Source of the DNA: Lama glama
Taxonomy: Eukaryota
Assembly (NCBI GenBank): GCA_028534125.1
Contig: CM052832.1
Location: 23,314,001 to 23,378,000 of the forward strand
Length of the DNA: 64,000 nt
Reading direction: 5' to 3'
The notes beneath the pieces were generated by a model. It saw nothing but the letters and a program-made list of their open reading frames with translations, ran no database searches and was not told the DNA's origin. Positions 39,087 through 51,787 of this stretch are shown in pieces (position 1 is the stretch's first letter; each line of letters opens with the position of its first letter). A program made the position numbers and the translations under genes.

Positions 39087-39899
39087 GTAAGTTATTTTTA
39101 TATCATATGTTGATTAATATGCTTCCAATGTATTTTTAAACGTTTAAATATAACCACCGTTATATTTTAAGTAGACTGCTGATTCTTTGCTTTAAGTTCC
39201 AAGACAATGTCATCATAAACTATTAACTATTAGATTCCAGTAAATATTGGATATCAAGGTTATTGAAAACTCAAAGACATTTCTGTTTCTTAGAAGAATG
39301 ATACACATAGATAAATTATTCACAGTCTAAAAATGTAGAGTCTTAAGGGAATGTAGTGGAAACTATTCCACTCCTGTTCCTGTCAGCCACTCAGTTCCCC
39401 CACTCTACAGGTACGGTTTAAACTACTTTAAAAATAATCAATTTGATAGAAATCATAATGCAAGCAAGTTGATATATATTTTTAAAATTTTTGAGATAGG
39501 TTCTTAGAGCTTTTGTTTATTGTTATGTATTTATTATGTAGTTTGAGAACTTTAATAATTACCTATTCCTTCATTGAGACATTCAGTAGGAATGCTGAGG
39601 GAGAAATGTATTATTTAATCACTACCCAGAAGAATTAACAAATTTGTGAGTTTCATAGTATCAAAAAGCTTTTTACATTATTTTCTAGTGAGCTAAGTGA
39701 ATTTATTAATAATTATATCTTTTTATTTTGTGCACTAGTCAAGATTATCAGGAGTACTTATAAAATTCAGAGAAACATTGGCTGCTTTCTTAATGTCTTT
39801 GGCTGAACCAGTTTGGTTAGCTATTACCTGTATATTGTAGAGGATGTTTATAAACTTTCCTTCATAATCACAGTTGGTTTCTTCCATTTTCTGTTTCAG

Positions 39900-40020
39900 A
39901 TTCAGAAATGCCATGTTAAAGAGCATCTGCGAGGTTCTTGATTTGGAGAGATCAGGTGTAAATAGTGAACTGGTGAAAAGGATCTTGAATTTCTTAATGC
40001 ATCCAAAGCCTTCTGGCAAA
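39900..40020 (+). CDS. DEK: DEK exon 6 (121 nt; SAP domain, KFRNAMLKSICEVLDLERSGVNSELVKRILNFLMHPKPSGK)
   Basis: ctgtttcag|A acceptor and AAA|GTGAGG donor. SAP-box sequence of DEK. Confidence 0.97.
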
Positions 40021-41094
40021 GTGAGGACCACTTTTTACTATTTCAGAAACAAATCAATTATTTGTAGTCTCTCTTTTTTTTTTTAATAAGGAACAATTTA
40101 ATTAGTTAGCATTGCTGTCAACATTTTAGTAGTATCTTCTACATTCAAAGATACTGGCATATCTGCAACAGTTTCATGATAGAGATAACATAGAAGGCAT
40201 ATGGATATATTCTCCCTTATCAGGGATAAAGAATATAAGATTAAGAAAAGTAATTGTTAACTAAATGTTAAGTGGGCCAGAAATACAAAGTAAGTATCCA
40301 GAGTTACATGTCTAGAAGGCACTTGAAGAACAGAAATAGGTCGAGTTGAGGATGAGGAGGCTGGTGGAGGAGGGTGTGCAACCTGTAATCAGATCAGGAA
40401 AGACACGATGATGTATTAGAACTGGGTATTTTCTAGATACTGGAGTAAATGAGAAAGTGACAGAAAAAAGTTGCCTTTTTCAAGTTTCTTGGATTGGGTT
40501 TCCAGAATCCTTAGTAGAGCCCAGGAGATGGACAGGGAAGTAAAATGGTCTCATGGTTTCCCCCACACTTCCTAACATCTGGATTAGGTTTTCCCTAATT
40601 CTTTAACAGTAACAAAGGACATTACTACCTTAAAATGTCAGTTGAAATGTTAGTTATATGACGTTGCATTTTCAGTTTAAATCTTTCAACAAACATTTTC
40701 ATATTTTTTCACATTTTGATAGGAAAGAAATTGTGAAGAGATCTGGAGGGCCTAGGAGTTCAGGGGAACACTATCAGTGAGGGGAGAAAGACGTAAAGAG
40801 TAGAAACCAGAAAATAGCTCTGGGGCTCTGTTTTTGCCTTTTCTTGGTCCTGTTTACCATTAGCAGGACAGTGAAACTTACAGATAGTTTTGTCATGCAG
40901 CTGTACACCAAAGGGGTATGGAGATTTTTGGGGAGCTGGAGGTGGTGTTTTGAATTGGTTATTTAAAAGATGAGATTATATTTCTGTTTCTCTAAACTTA
41001 CAATATGGCTATACCTATACCTTGGGATTTCAGGGGACAGATTTGAACAGTTTCCCCAGAAGCAATTACTAAGTTGCCTAAGTTGAGGGATATG

Positions 41095-41226
41095 GTTGGC
41101 AGGGGGGTGATAATTAGGTTTATTTATTTTTATTTATTTATTTTTAATGGAGATACTGAGGATTGAACTCAGGACCTTGTGTGTGCTGAACACACACTCT
41201 ACCACTGAACTGTACCCTCCCCCCAC
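41095..41226 (-). mobile_element. Vic-1-like SINE in DEK intron 6
   Basis: Antisense SINE with GGGATATG on both flanks. Confidence 0.82.
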
Positions 41227-41256
41227 GAGGGATATGTTTATATTCAACTTTTCCTC

Positions 41257-42330
41257 AGAGATTTTCAAATGTGTTCTTTTCAGGACCCCGTTACCCTCTT
41301 AAAATTAATGAGGACCCCTAGAGCTTCTGTTTATGTGGGTTATTTTGATATTTACTGTGTTCTAAATTAAAACTGAAAAATCCTAAAAATTATATTTTGT
41401 ATGAGAAGTAATTACTTTCCAAAATTTTAATGAGAATGGCATTGTTTTTGCAAATTTGCTTATGTCAGGCTTAAGAGAAGACAACTCTATTCTCATTTGC
41501 TTCTGCATTTCCATCTGTTGCAATGTATTGTTTTGCTTGAAGTATATGAAGAAAATCCAGCCTCACACAGCTATGTAGTTAGAAAAAGGAGGAATATTTT
41601 TAAAACCTTTCCTGATAATTGTGGATAGTCTCCTTTGATACAATATCAAAACTCTGCAGTGGTGGATTCTTAAAGGTTAGTTGTAATATTTTTGAAACCG
41701 TGTTAATGAACTTGGACCTTTTACCTATGCTTGATTCTTTAATATGCACTCTCCATTTGGAAAATATCAGTTCCCTGAATTATGCATATGTTCCACATGT
41801 TGGCACATTTCACTGAACACTGTCAATCACATTCCTTAATATAACCATCATCATATCAGGAAAAATCTTTAGGTACTGGGATGCTGTCACGTCAGTGGTA
41901 GTGGGTATGAATTTTTCCAAATTCTCATTTTCACTTGAAAATTTGAAACCTACTGGCAACAAATACTGTCAGTTGTTTTCCTTGAGATGATAGGCTCACA
42001 TTCATTTTTGAGAACATGTCAATGAAATAAACCTAAGTCTGAATAGGCATGGATTTTTAATTACTCTTTTAAAAAATGATGTACCATGAAAAAAAGTGGC
42101 TAACTAGCTTACTGCTCAGCTGTGCAAATGCTTTTCCTTGAGAAAATCAGTGAGCTTCCATATATAGCCGAAGTACTCTATATACTTCCCATTTTGTTAC
42201 ACAAATGCTTTAAAGACTTACTCAAAGGTTGAGCATTAATACAGTTAGTATTTAATACTGTTGCATCAAGGACATTCTTAAGTGAAATACCCTGCTGATG
42301 TGTGGTTGTGAGGAATTAATGACTACAAAG
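41257..42330. mobile_element. Charlie1-like hAT transposon remnant
   Basis: caggaccccgttaccctcttaaaattaatgaggacccctagagcttctgtttatgtgggtt and gaagaaaatccagcctcacacag are typical of Charlie1. Confidence 0.7.
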
Positions 42331-44138
42331 TGATCTTAAAATTGTTATACTAACATTGTTTACTAACCTTTTGTATTTCTACCTTGATTGTTAATCAGAT
42401 TTTGTTTCCAAAATGGGATAATGCTGTTGACACTGGATTCTGAGTAATAGTTTCAACTGTTTTGTATAGGAAAAGTCTAATTATCTAATTCTAATTTCTA
42501 ATATTTTAATTCTGTAGCATTTATATATTACTACTTTTTAAAAATTAAAAGCTCTTCATTTATTTTTGGAAGTTGTATTTTCTTGATTTTTTTTTCTTGA
42601 ATAATTTAACAGACTTTCATTTTCCTATACCTAGCACTCATTCCTATCCTTATATTACTAATTTCGTATACAGATTATATTCTTATTACCTGTATTTAGT
42701 TCCTGAGCTGACATAGGGAGGGAAACCACATTGTTTAAATATATTTGTATCTTGGATTTCATTTAGTGAGTGGTGAGAGTCAATTTTTTTCCTCCAAACA
42801 AGCATATCAAAGAATTCATCCAAATGGATTTGGTTCCTGGTATAGTTGGTAATGGCAATAATTCACTTAACAAGGTTATCTGTATACATTTAGGGAGGTT
42901 TCTTGTGGGGAATCTCTGAGAAATACCTTTAGTCCACTAACTTAAAGTTTCTGAAGTGACCTAGATTGGCTCTTTCCCAGTCTGCCTTTAGAAGGATAGG
43001 TTGTTTGGGCAAGCTAGGGCTATCCTGTGGACTGTAGATAGCCTGGAAATACAGCACTACACAAACAGCAGCTGCCTTTAGTTTTTGTGCAGGTGATAGT
43101 GACCCCTAAGATTGAAAGTTCTTAGGAGAGAAAGGGACCTGTGGTTCTGCTAGTTTCATGAGAGATACTGCTTAATGTTACCAATAACATTTACACAATT
43201 ATGCATGTTAAGATTATATCACGGAATTTTCCTTAATGTTTCTGCGTATTGCAGAGAATAACAGGCGAAAATAAAGACGAAAGATACCCATAATTTTAGA
43301 AGTAATAATTTTAATTCCTTAGTGGTATCTTTTTAGATCCTTTATGCAAGTTTATTTTACAGTTTTCCATTTCAGAAGTTAGCAAATACCCACCCCAAGA
43401 AAGCATTTAAAAATTAAATTTGTTGGTTAATATAATCAAGTCATTTTTCTCATGTGATCTGTGCTTTTTAAATATGCTTGCTTTAATTGAATATCAAAGT
43501 AATGGCAGTATACTTATTTTGCGGTTCTTAATTACTTTCATAATTAACATATTCAACACTTAACTGCATATTTTAAATTGTCAGTGAGAATATAATCCTG
43601 GCATTATTGAAAGTAGAGCCCCTAGGTAATATGAATATAAACTATATGCTTCATAAATTCAGAATGTGTAAAGTGAGGTTTTGTTTCCCTTATGAATGGT
43701 TCCTCCCAGTCCTTTTATTGGAGAGTCCCCTAAAGCAAGAAGGCAGCAACAGTTTTAAAGTTTGTAGGCGTGAAATAAATTACAAGTCTAACTGAAAATA
43801 TTGTCTTGATGAAGTGTAAACAACTGTCTAAACACGGTGTGTACTCAGGTTTCTAGTCCCATATCAGAATGTAGGATACATCTTTCAACATTTGTGAAGA
43901 GTCTCTCACCTAGATGTTTAAAACCTAGAGTTCTAAACAAATGAAAAGGGTATTGGTAGTGCAGACAAAACAATTAACTTGACACATTGAGTTCAAGATG
44001 AATTATTCTATGTAAAGCTGCTAAGCTTGAAAATAAAATTTCTCAAGACAAGAACAAGAGGAATTGAGAAGTAGTTATCAAAAACAGGTGATTGACTTGG
44101 AAATAAAATATCTCATTGGTTTATTTCATTTTATGCAG

Positions 44139-44327
44139 CCATTGCCAAAATCTAAAAAAACTTCTAGCAAAGGCAACAAGAAGGAACGGAATAGTTCTGG
44201 AATGGCCAGGAAAGCTAAGCGAACCAAATGTCCTGAAATCCTGTCAGATGAATCCAGCAGTGAAGAAGACGAAAAGAAAAACAAGGAAGAGTCTTCAGAT
44301 GAAGAAGATAAAGAAAGTGAAGAGGAG
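44139..44327 (+). CDS. DEK: DEK exon 7 (189 nt; PLPKSKKTSSKGNKKERNSSGMARKAKRTKCPEILSDESSSEEDEKKNKEESSDEEDKESEEE)
   Basis: ttatgcag|CCA acceptor and GAG|GTAAAG donor. Basic NLS-like region followed by an acidic tract. Confidence 0.97.
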
Positions 44328-44991
44328 GTAAAGTGTTGGGGTTTTTTTTTCCCCACAACTTTCCATGGGGAGAGTTAAGTACTCCTGCTCTAGAATAGCT
44401 ATAGCCAGAAAGCATAGATTGAGGGAACTATGTATGTACCGTATTGGCTGATTTTAATTCCAAAGACTCAGAAATGCTCAAGGATAAACCCTTTCTTTCC
44501 CTCAAGGAGCTTTTGGTTTTATTGCCTTGCCAATGTGTAAGAGTTGGGAAGGAGGTTGGTGTGGACTGGATTTGAACTGGACTGTGAAGACCAGAGTAGG
44601 TAAATGGAAAGGAACAGGCGGGGAAAGGGTGCATATCCTGACAGGAACACAAAGGAGCAGATTTTTTGATAGTATTTAATATTTTATGGTTGGCTTGGAC
44701 CATTTTATTCTGTCTTATGCAAAAAGCAAGGGTTTAAGGACCACCATTTTTTTCTTAGCTCAGGGTTTATTTAATGAGAATAGCAGCATCTGAAGTTTGA
44801 TTGGTGGGCAAATCTTGTATCACTTAGGAATGCCTGCCATTTTCTTTCACTTGGGAGTGTTGATAAAATGCTGAGAATATTTAGTTTCCAGAGTAAAACT
44901 TCAGGAAGAGGAGAGCTGCTGAACCTTTTAAGGGGTTAACTTCATCCTCTCCTTGGTATGTATCTTCTGTCAAGTACATGAGAGTGGGTAC

Positions 44992-45491
44992 NNNNNNNNN
45001 NNNNNNNNNNNNNNNNNNNNNNNNNNNNNNNNNNNNNNNNNNNNNNNNNNNNNNNNNNNNNNNNNNNNNNNNNNNNNNNNNNNNNNNNNNNNNNNNNNNN
45101 NNNNNNNNNNNNNNNNNNNNNNNNNNNNNNNNNNNNNNNNNNNNNNNNNNNNNNNNNNNNNNNNNNNNNNNNNNNNNNNNNNNNNNNNNNNNNNNNNNNN
45201 NNNNNNNNNNNNNNNNNNNNNNNNNNNNNNNNNNNNNNNNNNNNNNNNNNNNNNNNNNNNNNNNNNNNNNNNNNNNNNNNNNNNNNNNNNNNNNNNNNNN
45301 NNNNNNNNNNNNNNNNNNNNNNNNNNNNNNNNNNNNNNNNNNNNNNNNNNNNNNNNNNNNNNNNNNNNNNNNNNNNNNNNNNNNNNNNNNNNNNNNNNNN
45401 NNNNNNNNNNNNNNNNNNNNNNNNNNNNNNNNNNNNNNNNNNNNNNNNNNNNNNNNNNNNNNNNNNNNNNNNNNNNNNNNNNNNNNNNNNN
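44992..45491. other. Assembly gap (500 N) in DEK intron 7
   Basis: Run of exactly 500 N, a scaffolding placeholder of unknown true size. Confidence 0.99.
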
Positions 45492-46061
45492 TTATTACTA
45501 AGGTGCAGGTTAAAGTCAGGATATTTTATATTCATTTCTTTTTTGCTTCCAGATTATTGTCCCATTGTTTCAAATAGAGTTAGTTGGTGTCTGTGATTAT
45601 AGGTGACCCCTGATTTATAACCGTATTAATTTTTTGACAAGTGAAGTTGACCCCCTGCAAATCAACGCCTTTCTACAGTACTGTAAATGAGGATCTTTTG
45701 CTAGAAACCCAGGTCAAATGATGAAAATCCATGGAGGAAAAACACAAAAATGCTTTTATAGGCATTAAGTATATCAAATCACACAATATAAAAGCTATTT
45801 CATAATGCTCTATTTTCTGTTTTGGTTTTTCTGCTTGGGATGGTATTGACAGACTTCATAAAATGTAATGCCAATAAAATCTGGACTGAGAAATCTTTCT
45901 TTTTTCCTGATACGTCACCCTCTAACAAACAAAGATATTCTTTATTTCTCTAAAGACTTTCAAATATAGGGCTATCCTCAAAAGCTTTATTGTTGATTCG
46001 ATTACTATGAAAGGCTCTGATTGCCTTTGAAAGGTAAGTGCTAGCAGGAAGGACGGTGTTT

Positions 46062-48036
46062 TTTTGTTTTTTTTTTTTAACACCTTTATTATGGTATGAT
46101 TCCTGGGCAGTAAACTACACTTATTTCAGGTGTACAGTTTGATAAACTTTGATAGATGTATACACCAATGAAACCACCACCACAATCAAGATAGCTAACG
46201 TTTCCATCACTTCCCCAAGGAGTCCAAATTTTGAATTCCCAGTTTATCCCTTCCCACCCTCTTTACTCTCTGGTAACCATACGTTTGCTCTCTGTCTGTG
46301 GGTCTGGTTCTGTTTTATAGATAATTTCATTTGGGTCCTTTTTTTAGAGTCCACATAAAATCAGTATATGGTATTTTTCTTCTGTGTGTGTGTGTGTGTA
46401 ATACATCTCCTTTATCCAGTCATCTGTTGATTGACATTTGGGTTGTTTCCTTGTCTTGGCTATTGTATATAGTGCTGCTGTGAACACTGGGGTACATGTG
46501 TCTTTTCGAATTATATTTTCCTCCAGATATATGCCCAGGAGTGGGATTGCTGGTTTGTATGGTAAGTCTGTTCTTAGTTTTTTAAGGAATCTCCATACTG
46601 TCCTCCACAGTGGCTGTACCAATTTACATTCCTACCAACAGTGTAGGAAGGTTCCTTTTCCTCCACACCCTCTCCAGCATTTATTGCTTGTGGACTTTTT
46701 AATAATGGCCATTCTGACTGGTGTGAGGTGATACCTCATTGTAGTTTATATTTGCATTTCTTTAACAGTAATGTTGAGCATCTTTTCCTGTGCTTGTTTG
46801 CCATCTGGATGTCTTTGGAGAAATGTCTGTTTAGGTCCTCTGCTCATTTTTTGATTGGGTAGCTTGTTTTTTTGATAGTAAGTTTTATGAGCTATTTGTA
46901 TATTTTGGAAATTAGTCCCTTGTCAGTCACATCATTTGCGAATATTGTCTCCCATTCTGTAGGTTTTGTTTTTCGTTTTGTTGATGGTATCCTAAAAACT
47001 TTTAAGTTTAATTAGATCACATTTGTTTATTTTTGCTTTTATTTTCATTACTCTAGGAGCTGGTTCAAAAAATGTATTACTGTGATTTATGTCCAAGAAT
47101 GTTCTGCCTATGTTTTCTTCTGGGAGCTTTATGGTACCTGGTCTTACATTTATGTCTTTAATCCATTTTGAGTTTATTTTTGTATAGTGTGTTAGAGAAT
47201 GTTCTAATTTCAGTCTTTTACAGATAGCTGTCCAATTTTCCTAGCACCACTTGTTGAAAAGACTCTTTTTTCTCTATTGTATATTCTTGCCTCCTTTGTT
47301 GTAGATTAATTGACCTTAAGTGCCTTGGTTTATTTCTGGACTTTCTATCCTGTTCCGTTGAGCTGTATGTCTGCTTTTTTGCTGGTACCATGCATACTAT
47401 TTTGATAACTATAGCTTTGTAGTATAGTTTGAAGTCAGGGAGCATGATTCCCCCAGCTCCGTTCTTTTGCAAGATGATTTTGGCTATTCGGGGTCTTTTG
47501 TGTTTCCATACAAATTTTAACATTTTTTTGTTCCAGCTCTGAAAAATGTCACTGGTAGTTTGATAGAGATTATATTGAATCTGTATACTGCCTTGGGTAG
47601 TATGGCCACTTTAACAATGTTGATTCTTCCAGTCCAAGAACATGGTATATCTTTCCATCTGTTTATGTTGTATTCAGTTTCTTTCATCAATGAAAACTTT
47701 AAAGTTTTCAGATTACAGTTCCTTTGCCTCCTAGGGTAGGTTTATTCCTAGGTATTTTATTCTTTTTGGAATGGTGGTAAATGGTATTGTTTCCTTAATT
47801 TCTTTTTCTGCTATTTCATTGTCAGTGTGTAGAAATGCAACTGATTTTTGTATATTAATTTTGTATCCTGCAACTTTACCAGATGTATTGATGAGCTTTA
47901 GGAATTTCTGGTATCTTCTTTAGGGTTTTCCGTTATGTATAGTATCATGTCATCCATGCACAGTGACAGTTCTACTTTTTTTCTGATTTGGACTCCCTTT
48001 ATTTCTTTTTTTTCACTGATTGTTATGGCTAGGAGA
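46062..48036 (-). mobile_element. ~2-kb 5'-truncated L1 (decayed ORF2 C-terminal part plus 3' UTR), antisense in DEK intron 7
   Basis: ORF2-like peptides ([15 protein letters not shown]...PAIPLLGIY...[31 protein letters not shown]...[18 protein letters not shown]). Diverged TSD GAAGGACRGTRTTT at 46048-46061 and 48037-48050. Confidence 0.93.
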
Positions 48037-51000
48037 GAAGGACAGTATTTCTATGGTAACTTTTATTTTTCCTTATTCTGTTTTTTGAAGACTCAGTTAA
48101 GTGGTAGCCTTGTTAGGGACTTCATAAAGGTAGGTATTTTTTGGTCAGTATTCTGAAAGGACCTCTTTTCTAAGAGGCCAGGCAGAAGAGTTGCTGGTTG
48201 ATTAGAAAAGTTGAGAATTACTTAGAGACAATTTTTTTCTGCTGATTTTTTTCGTGGAAAATTACTAGGTTAATATTACTTATTTCCTGAAATGAATTTT
48301 TCCTTCATAGACAAGACTTCTCCCAGTAAGATCAGCTTCATCTATTTTAGATTCCTGGAGTAAATAACAACTGTTTTTTGTTTCCTTTGTAAATTGAGGG
48401 GTTTGGACTAAATCTGTATCATAGTGCTGAAGTCAGAAGTCTTAAGCCGAAATCCAGTTCAAGTTACAGTTGTTCATTAGCCAGTTACGTGATATTGAAT
48501 TACTCACCTGCTATTTTTCATAGTTAGCTATGTGGAAGAATAGGATACTTAATTTTAAGTCTTTTGTAAGAAGTGTGTCACATTTAGCATGTTAGCCAGC
48601 AATTGCTAAGACATTTTGTTTGAGGTTTTTAGTACCTATACCTCTGTTTCCATGATACGCAGTGAGTGGTTCATAACAGTTTTTAAGTTGTCTTTTTTTT
48701 TTTGGAATTAATTCAAATAAGGTGTTTTTCTGAGAGTAACCTGGGTAATAATTTCTTTATAAAATACCTGTTTTAAACATCTTTATCGTCTTGACTCTTG
48801 GACGTGTGCTTACTTAGGACAGTAGAAGGAGAGCAGTTTGGAACCAGGAAAAAATTGATAGATGAAGTTTCTTTAAAATGAGAGAATAGATGTTTAATTA
48901 TTTTTCTATAAATTTATTCTGGAAATCAACTGATTCCCACATTGGATTAACATTTTTAGGGGAAGATTACCAGAATGAGCCAGTGAGATTAAACCATGCT
49001 CAGGCATGCCATTCACCACGGTGTTAGACCTTAGGCACAGAGAAATTACTGGATAGTACAGGAAAAGAAGGGAGAAGTAGTGCTCCCTACATTGGAGAAA
49101 ACAATCCTAATCGTCTTTTAGACCCTTAAAAGCTTGCTTAACTAATACTTCTTCAGTTTTTGTATCCCAGTGTCTTTGTAGTGTACTCTTTATCTCTAGG
49201 AAAGTATAAAACAAACTAGATTTTTACTTTGTGAGCATTGAATTTATCTGAATGTTTCCAAATGTATCAGGAATGCCTTCAGCTCTAAATACTTAAAGAC
49301 CCCACGAATAATGTCCAAAACAAGAGTTCCTTTTTCTTTCTTGACAAGAAGTCCACAGACAGGTAATTATGGACCAGTACAGCAGCTCAAGAAAGGTGTC
49401 AAGAATTTGGGGGCCTTCTCTCCCTGAGCCACCACCTTTACATGTGACATTTAACCTCATGATGTCAAGATGGATGTTTTCCCTTTAGGCATTGTATCCC
49501 TATTCCAGATAGAGATGAGCAAAGGGCTTTCTCCTAGTGATGTGTTGGCTTTTTACACCCTGGAAATCCCCAAGTATGTTGCATTGGCCAGAAATTTGTT
49601 ACTCAGCCACCTCTAGTTGCCAGGGAAGTTGGTGAAACCCAGGTGTTAGCTTTCCTGCCTCTGTAGGAGGAAGGCAAATAAAGATGGGTTGTTGAGTGGA
49701 GCCATCCTACAGTGTTTACCAAATCAGAAATTTTCAGTTACAATTTTGGTAAACATATTTGGACCATTTGAAGAACTATTTGGTCATGGTGGGAGGGGGA
49801 ACATGAAAGTTTTGTTAGTCCTTAATTACATTCTAAAAAATAATTCCTCTATCCCAATTTGATGAGAGGAATTACAGAATTATTTCAACTATTGAAACCT
49901 TTTGTTGGAAGGCAAAGTTGAATAATTACCATAATAAAATCTGTTTAGACTTAAACGTTCATAATCTTTTGTGACATATAGCAAAGCTTGCACATTCTTT
50001 ACTCTTGGCACTCTTGAGTTTTCTCAGCCAAGTTGTTAAAAGAATAGTGTATTTTAAGCTAATACTTATTTTGTTCATCTGTTCACCCAGTACAACCTTT
50101 CTGCTGTGAGGACAGGATTCTGGCTCTGTGACAGGCGTCTTTTTTGGAGACCCTCCTTCAAGAGCCCTGCTGCCTATAAAAGATAGGTAAGCCTTCTCCC
50201 AAGATTTTTTTTGCCTTCCTTCAAAAAGTACTTGTGTCATTCCCTGATTCTATACCTTCATGGTTATCAGACACATGGAAAAGCTTCAGATTTTTAAAAA
50301 TTTGTATTATTTCAATACATTGTAAAAAAAAAAACTTAGATTACAGTGCATTGTACTGTCTGAAATTGATGGCAGCGGTCAGTTTTACCTGTTTCCCTTT
50401 AGCACATGTAAAATACCTACAATACTGGATGGTCCTGACTGAAACACTCACAGCATATTCAAAAGTGGCAAGCCAGAATCTTAGAAATAAGTTTGGGAAC
50501 TAGCTTTTTCTTTCTTTTTTTCATGTAACACCTAATTTTTTCCTATACATTTTGTTAAAAGACTCAAAAGTCTTGCCTCCTATTTAATTAACAAAGGTGT
50601 TAACGATCATGAGTACTTCTGGCATTTTTCTTTTATAATGCTACATAATGTGTTGGCTATAATTAACTAAAATATTCAGAATATTTAAAACTTGGTTTTT
50701 AAAATGTAATCACTTTTCAATTTGCTTGGTTCAATAAATCGGGAGTGTGCTAAGTGCTGTTAGGGTTATAGAATATATTTTCTGGCCGAATACCATTTGA
50801 GTGATACTTAATAATATAGAATTTCAAAAGGAAGAGAATGTCTCTGTTGATGAGGGAAGGCTTTGGAGAGAGACGGAAGTATCATTTGAAATTGACCTTG
50901 GGAATAGAAAGGAACATTGGACTTGTGAACTAAAATGGGGAGTAGGGAAGTGCTTTGACAAACACACTTGTTTGTGGTTGCGTAGTTTGTCCAGAAGTAG

Positions 51001-51586
51001 AGCCGTAGGAGGTGAAGCTGGAGCGACATACACTGAAGCCAGACCACAGAAGACATCCCATGTGGTTGAGCATTGTTGTGTGAATAATACAGCCTTTGGG
51101 GATAGATTCATCATTCCGGTTCCTTCAGAATGATTCTTATTCTATCTGAGCATTTTGCTACATGGGGGAAAAGAGACATGGCCTCTGTCTTCCAGGAACT
51201 GACAGTCTACCTGGGAGAAATCACACTCATTCAGTTAGCATTTATTGGTACATATAAGGAGGAATGTACTGCGTGCGGAGTACTTTCACATCTTGCATCT
51301 CATTTAGTCTTGACTCCATGAGAGAGGACAATATATCCTCATTTTTTTAACTTTGAGGACATGATACATATCCAGCTTTCCAGAGCTTCTAATTCGTTTA
51401 TTTTTCTCTACAACTCTGTCCAAATCTGATATTAAGCAATAGCTTTAGGAAAGTTAATATGGGCATAGATCCACTTCTGCTTGTAAAAATTTAAAACTAA
51501 AAGCTGTTGGCATAAAATACCGTATTGATTTCTTTATCTGGTTCTGTGTTTTGCCTATGAATCTCCAGTAATTCATACTCTAGACC

Positions 51587-51787
51587 AGGAGTTGGCGTGT
51601 GGCGTACTATGGTCAGATCCAGCCTATGGCCTGTTTTTGTACAGCCTGAAAGCTAAGAGTGGTTTTTCCATTTTAAAAATACTTGTTAAAAGCAAAGATG
51701 AAGAATGTACAACAATGACCACATGAGCCAGCAAAGACTAAAATACTATCTGGCACTTCATAGGAAAAGCTTGGTGACAGGTCTAGA
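51587..51787. mobile_element. MER58-type hAT MITE
   Basis: caggagttggc...cagatccagcct...gcctgtttttgtacagcctg...actaaaatactatctggc with TCTAGAC flanks. Confidence 0.7.

Noticed and set aside
16466..41226. tRNA-like sequences with A- and B-box motifs
   Set aside because: They are SINE heads with A-rich tails and TSDs, not tRNA genes.
44942..45577. ORFs of 182-199 aa
   Set aside because: Artefacts of translating the N gap.
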